In this document: piece after piece, positions 62,575-64,000 of the stretch
Position numbering within the stretch: the stretch's first letter is position 1
Layout: each line of letters begins with the position of its first letter
Source: Candidatus Eiseniibacteriota bacterium
GTDB lineage: Bacteria > Eisenbacteria > RBG-16-71-46 > DASYSL01
NCBI GenBank assembly: GCA_031431875.1
Contig: JANPEF010000082.1
Coordinates: 4,901-68,900, forward strand
DNA length: 64,000 nt
Direction of reading: 5' to 3'
The notes under the pieces: model-generated
What the model was told of the DNA's origin: nothing
The model's database searches: none
The model's input: the letters and a program-made list of their open reading frames with translations, nothing else
Position numbers and translations under genes: made by a program

Positions 62575-63848
62575 ATGCCGAACGTCCCCCCGTCTTCCGC
62601 GTGACGTCCACCCGCAGCCTGGCCGGACTCGGGCTCGCCCTCGCCGCCGCGTTGAGCTTCGGCCTGGCCGCGATCGCCCTGGCGCCGCGCGCCCGGGCCC
62701 AGGAAGTCGAGCTGCCCGGCGTCCCCGTCGACTCCGTGCGCGCCGACTTCCTCTCGCCGGCGCCTCCGCCTGTCTCACCGGCCCCGGGCGTGCCCGCGGT
62801 GCCGTCCGGGCCCGGCGACCTCACCATTCGCGGCGGTGGGGGCCCCCGGACCATCGAAGGCCCTGGCGGCGTATACAAGGTCCGCGCCGGCGAGAACGAC
62901 GTCGTGCAGATCGGCGAGGACATCGTGATCGAGCGCGGCGAACACGTGCTGGGCCACGTCTTTGCCATGGGCGGCAGCATCACCGTGCGCGGGGTCGTCG
63001 ACGACGACGTGGTTGCCGCCGGTGGCGACGTGATCCTCGAGGACGGCGCGCAGGTGCGCGGCGACGCCGTGAGCATCGGCGGCAACGTCGACAAAGCACC
63101 GGGTGCGACGATCCTCGGCTCGTCGGTGTCCTTCGGCAACGTGCCCGCCGGCATCCTCGGGATGCAGGGTCTCAACTTCATCGGCCACGGGTTCGACGCC
63201 GTCGGCCGCGTCTTCAAGATCCTGTTCTGGCTGCTCGTCGCCTGGGTCACCGTCACGCTGACCAGGGCGCGCGCCCGCCGGGTCACCGCTCGCATCGAGG
63301 CCGAGACGCTGGCCTCGCTGGGCTACGGCCTGCTGGGGATCGCCGCGATCGCCCCGGCCACCATCGTCGTCGCCCTCGCCGCCGTGCTGCTCGCGGTCAC
63401 CATCATCGGTATCCCCGTGGCCGTCCTGCTGCTCCTCGGCTATAGTCTCGGCTTGGTCGTTCTCCTGTTCTGGGGTGCCATTCTCGGCGCCTCGGCCCTG
63501 GGCGCATGGGTCGTGCGGCGTCTGTCGCCGCGGCTCGGCACGCCCGAGCTCGTCCGCAACACCATGGTCGGTGTCGTGGCCGTGACGGGAATCGGCCTCG
63601 TGTCGAGCCTGTTTCAGGGAGTCGGACTCGTCGTGCCGCCGGCCGGGCTGTTGGGTGGGCTGCTCGAAGTCGTCGGGATCCTCGTCAGCTGCGGCGCGAT
63701 GTGCGCCGGCGTCGGCGGGATCCTGCGCACGCGCGGCGGTCAGCCCGCGCCGATCCCCGTCGATTGGAGCCAGGCCGGCTTCGGCCCGGGTGCGCCCGGG
63801 ATGGCGCCACCGGTCGCTCCGGCAGCGCCGCCCGCGCCCACGACCTAG
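62571..63848 (+). CDS. Membrane protein with bactofilin-like beta-helix repeats and multiple C-terminal TMs
   Basis: Signal peptide; 'V.GD.V..GG.V' repeats; TIIGIP membrane motif; ATGA overlap. Confidence 0.78.
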   Translation: MNAERPPVFRVTSTRSLAGLGLALAAALSFGLAAIALAPRARAQEVELPGVPVDSVRADFLSPAPPPVSPAPGVPAVPSGPGDLTIRGGGGPRTIEGPGGVYKVRAGENDVVQIGEDIVIERGEHVLGHVFAMGGSITVRGVVDDDVVAAGGDVILEDGAQVRGDAVSIGGNVDKAPGATILGSSVSFGNVPAGILGMQGLNFIGHGFDAVGRVFKILFWLLVAWVTVTLTRARARRVTARIEAETLASLGYGLLGIAAIAPATIVVALAAVLLAVTIIGIPVAVLLLLGYSLGLVVLLFWGAILGASALGAWVVRRLSPRLGTPELVRNTMVGVVAVTGIGLVSSLFQGVGLVVPPAGLLGGLLEVVGILVSCGAMCAGVGGILRTRGGQPAPIPVDWSQAGFGPGAPGMAPPVAPAAPPAPTT

Positions 63849-63903
63849 GCTCCGCCTGAGTTAGCACGCCGGGCGTCGACCGGACGCGGAGGGATCCACC
63901 GAC

Positions 63904-64000
63904 ATGCCGCTTGCCCTCTGGGGCGCCACGCTGTGCGTTTCGCTCGGCGCCCTGATCATCCTGCTCGGCATCGCGATCTTTCGCGAGGACCCGCGCCAGC
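63904..64000 (+). CDS. N-terminus of a membrane protein, cut by the window end (possibly a 7TM sensor)
   Basis: GGAGG RBS; MPLALWGATLCVSLGALIILLGIAIFREDPRQ, open to the edge. Confidence 0.55.
   Translation, partial: MPLALWGATLCVSLGALIILLGIAIFREDPRQ

Overview
High-GC, gene-dense chromosomal window from a diderm bacterium. The gene mix suggests an FCB-superphylum lineage such as Candidatus Eisenbacteria (inference): a LptD-type protein, a TonB-dependent receptor, a PorX-like REC-PglZ regulator next to tsaE, an FG-GAP protein with a FlgD/T9SS-like C-terminal domain, and a Hanks kinase with TPRs. About 53 CDS are supported, mostly housekeeping: accC plus biotin carrier, acpS, xfp-ackA, malQ, tgt-yajC-def-fmt-rsmB-PASTA-rpe, ffh-rpsP, hemCDBL, serS, tsaE, tsaB-rimI, accD, folC, CBS-CGL and yajQ. 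I found no tRNA, rRNA, CRISPR array or transposase. The most notable signal is split by the ORF track: one 450-aa exported selenoprotein candidate (56108-57460). It has an in-frame UGA in a C-G-U motif, a SECIS-like hairpin, a degenerate UshA-like domain and four CxxCH heme motifs, and it lies just upstream of the reverse-transsulfuration genes. Other leads are recurrent leaderless-type promoters, a structured 250-nt leader before a tiny Thr-rich lipoprotein, a degenerate PaaK-like protein coupled to acpS-accC, a very long repetitive N-terminal extension on RsmB, clustered D-S/T glycosylation sequons, and GNAT and HEPN gene remnants. All family calls come from motifs read by eye; no database search was run.
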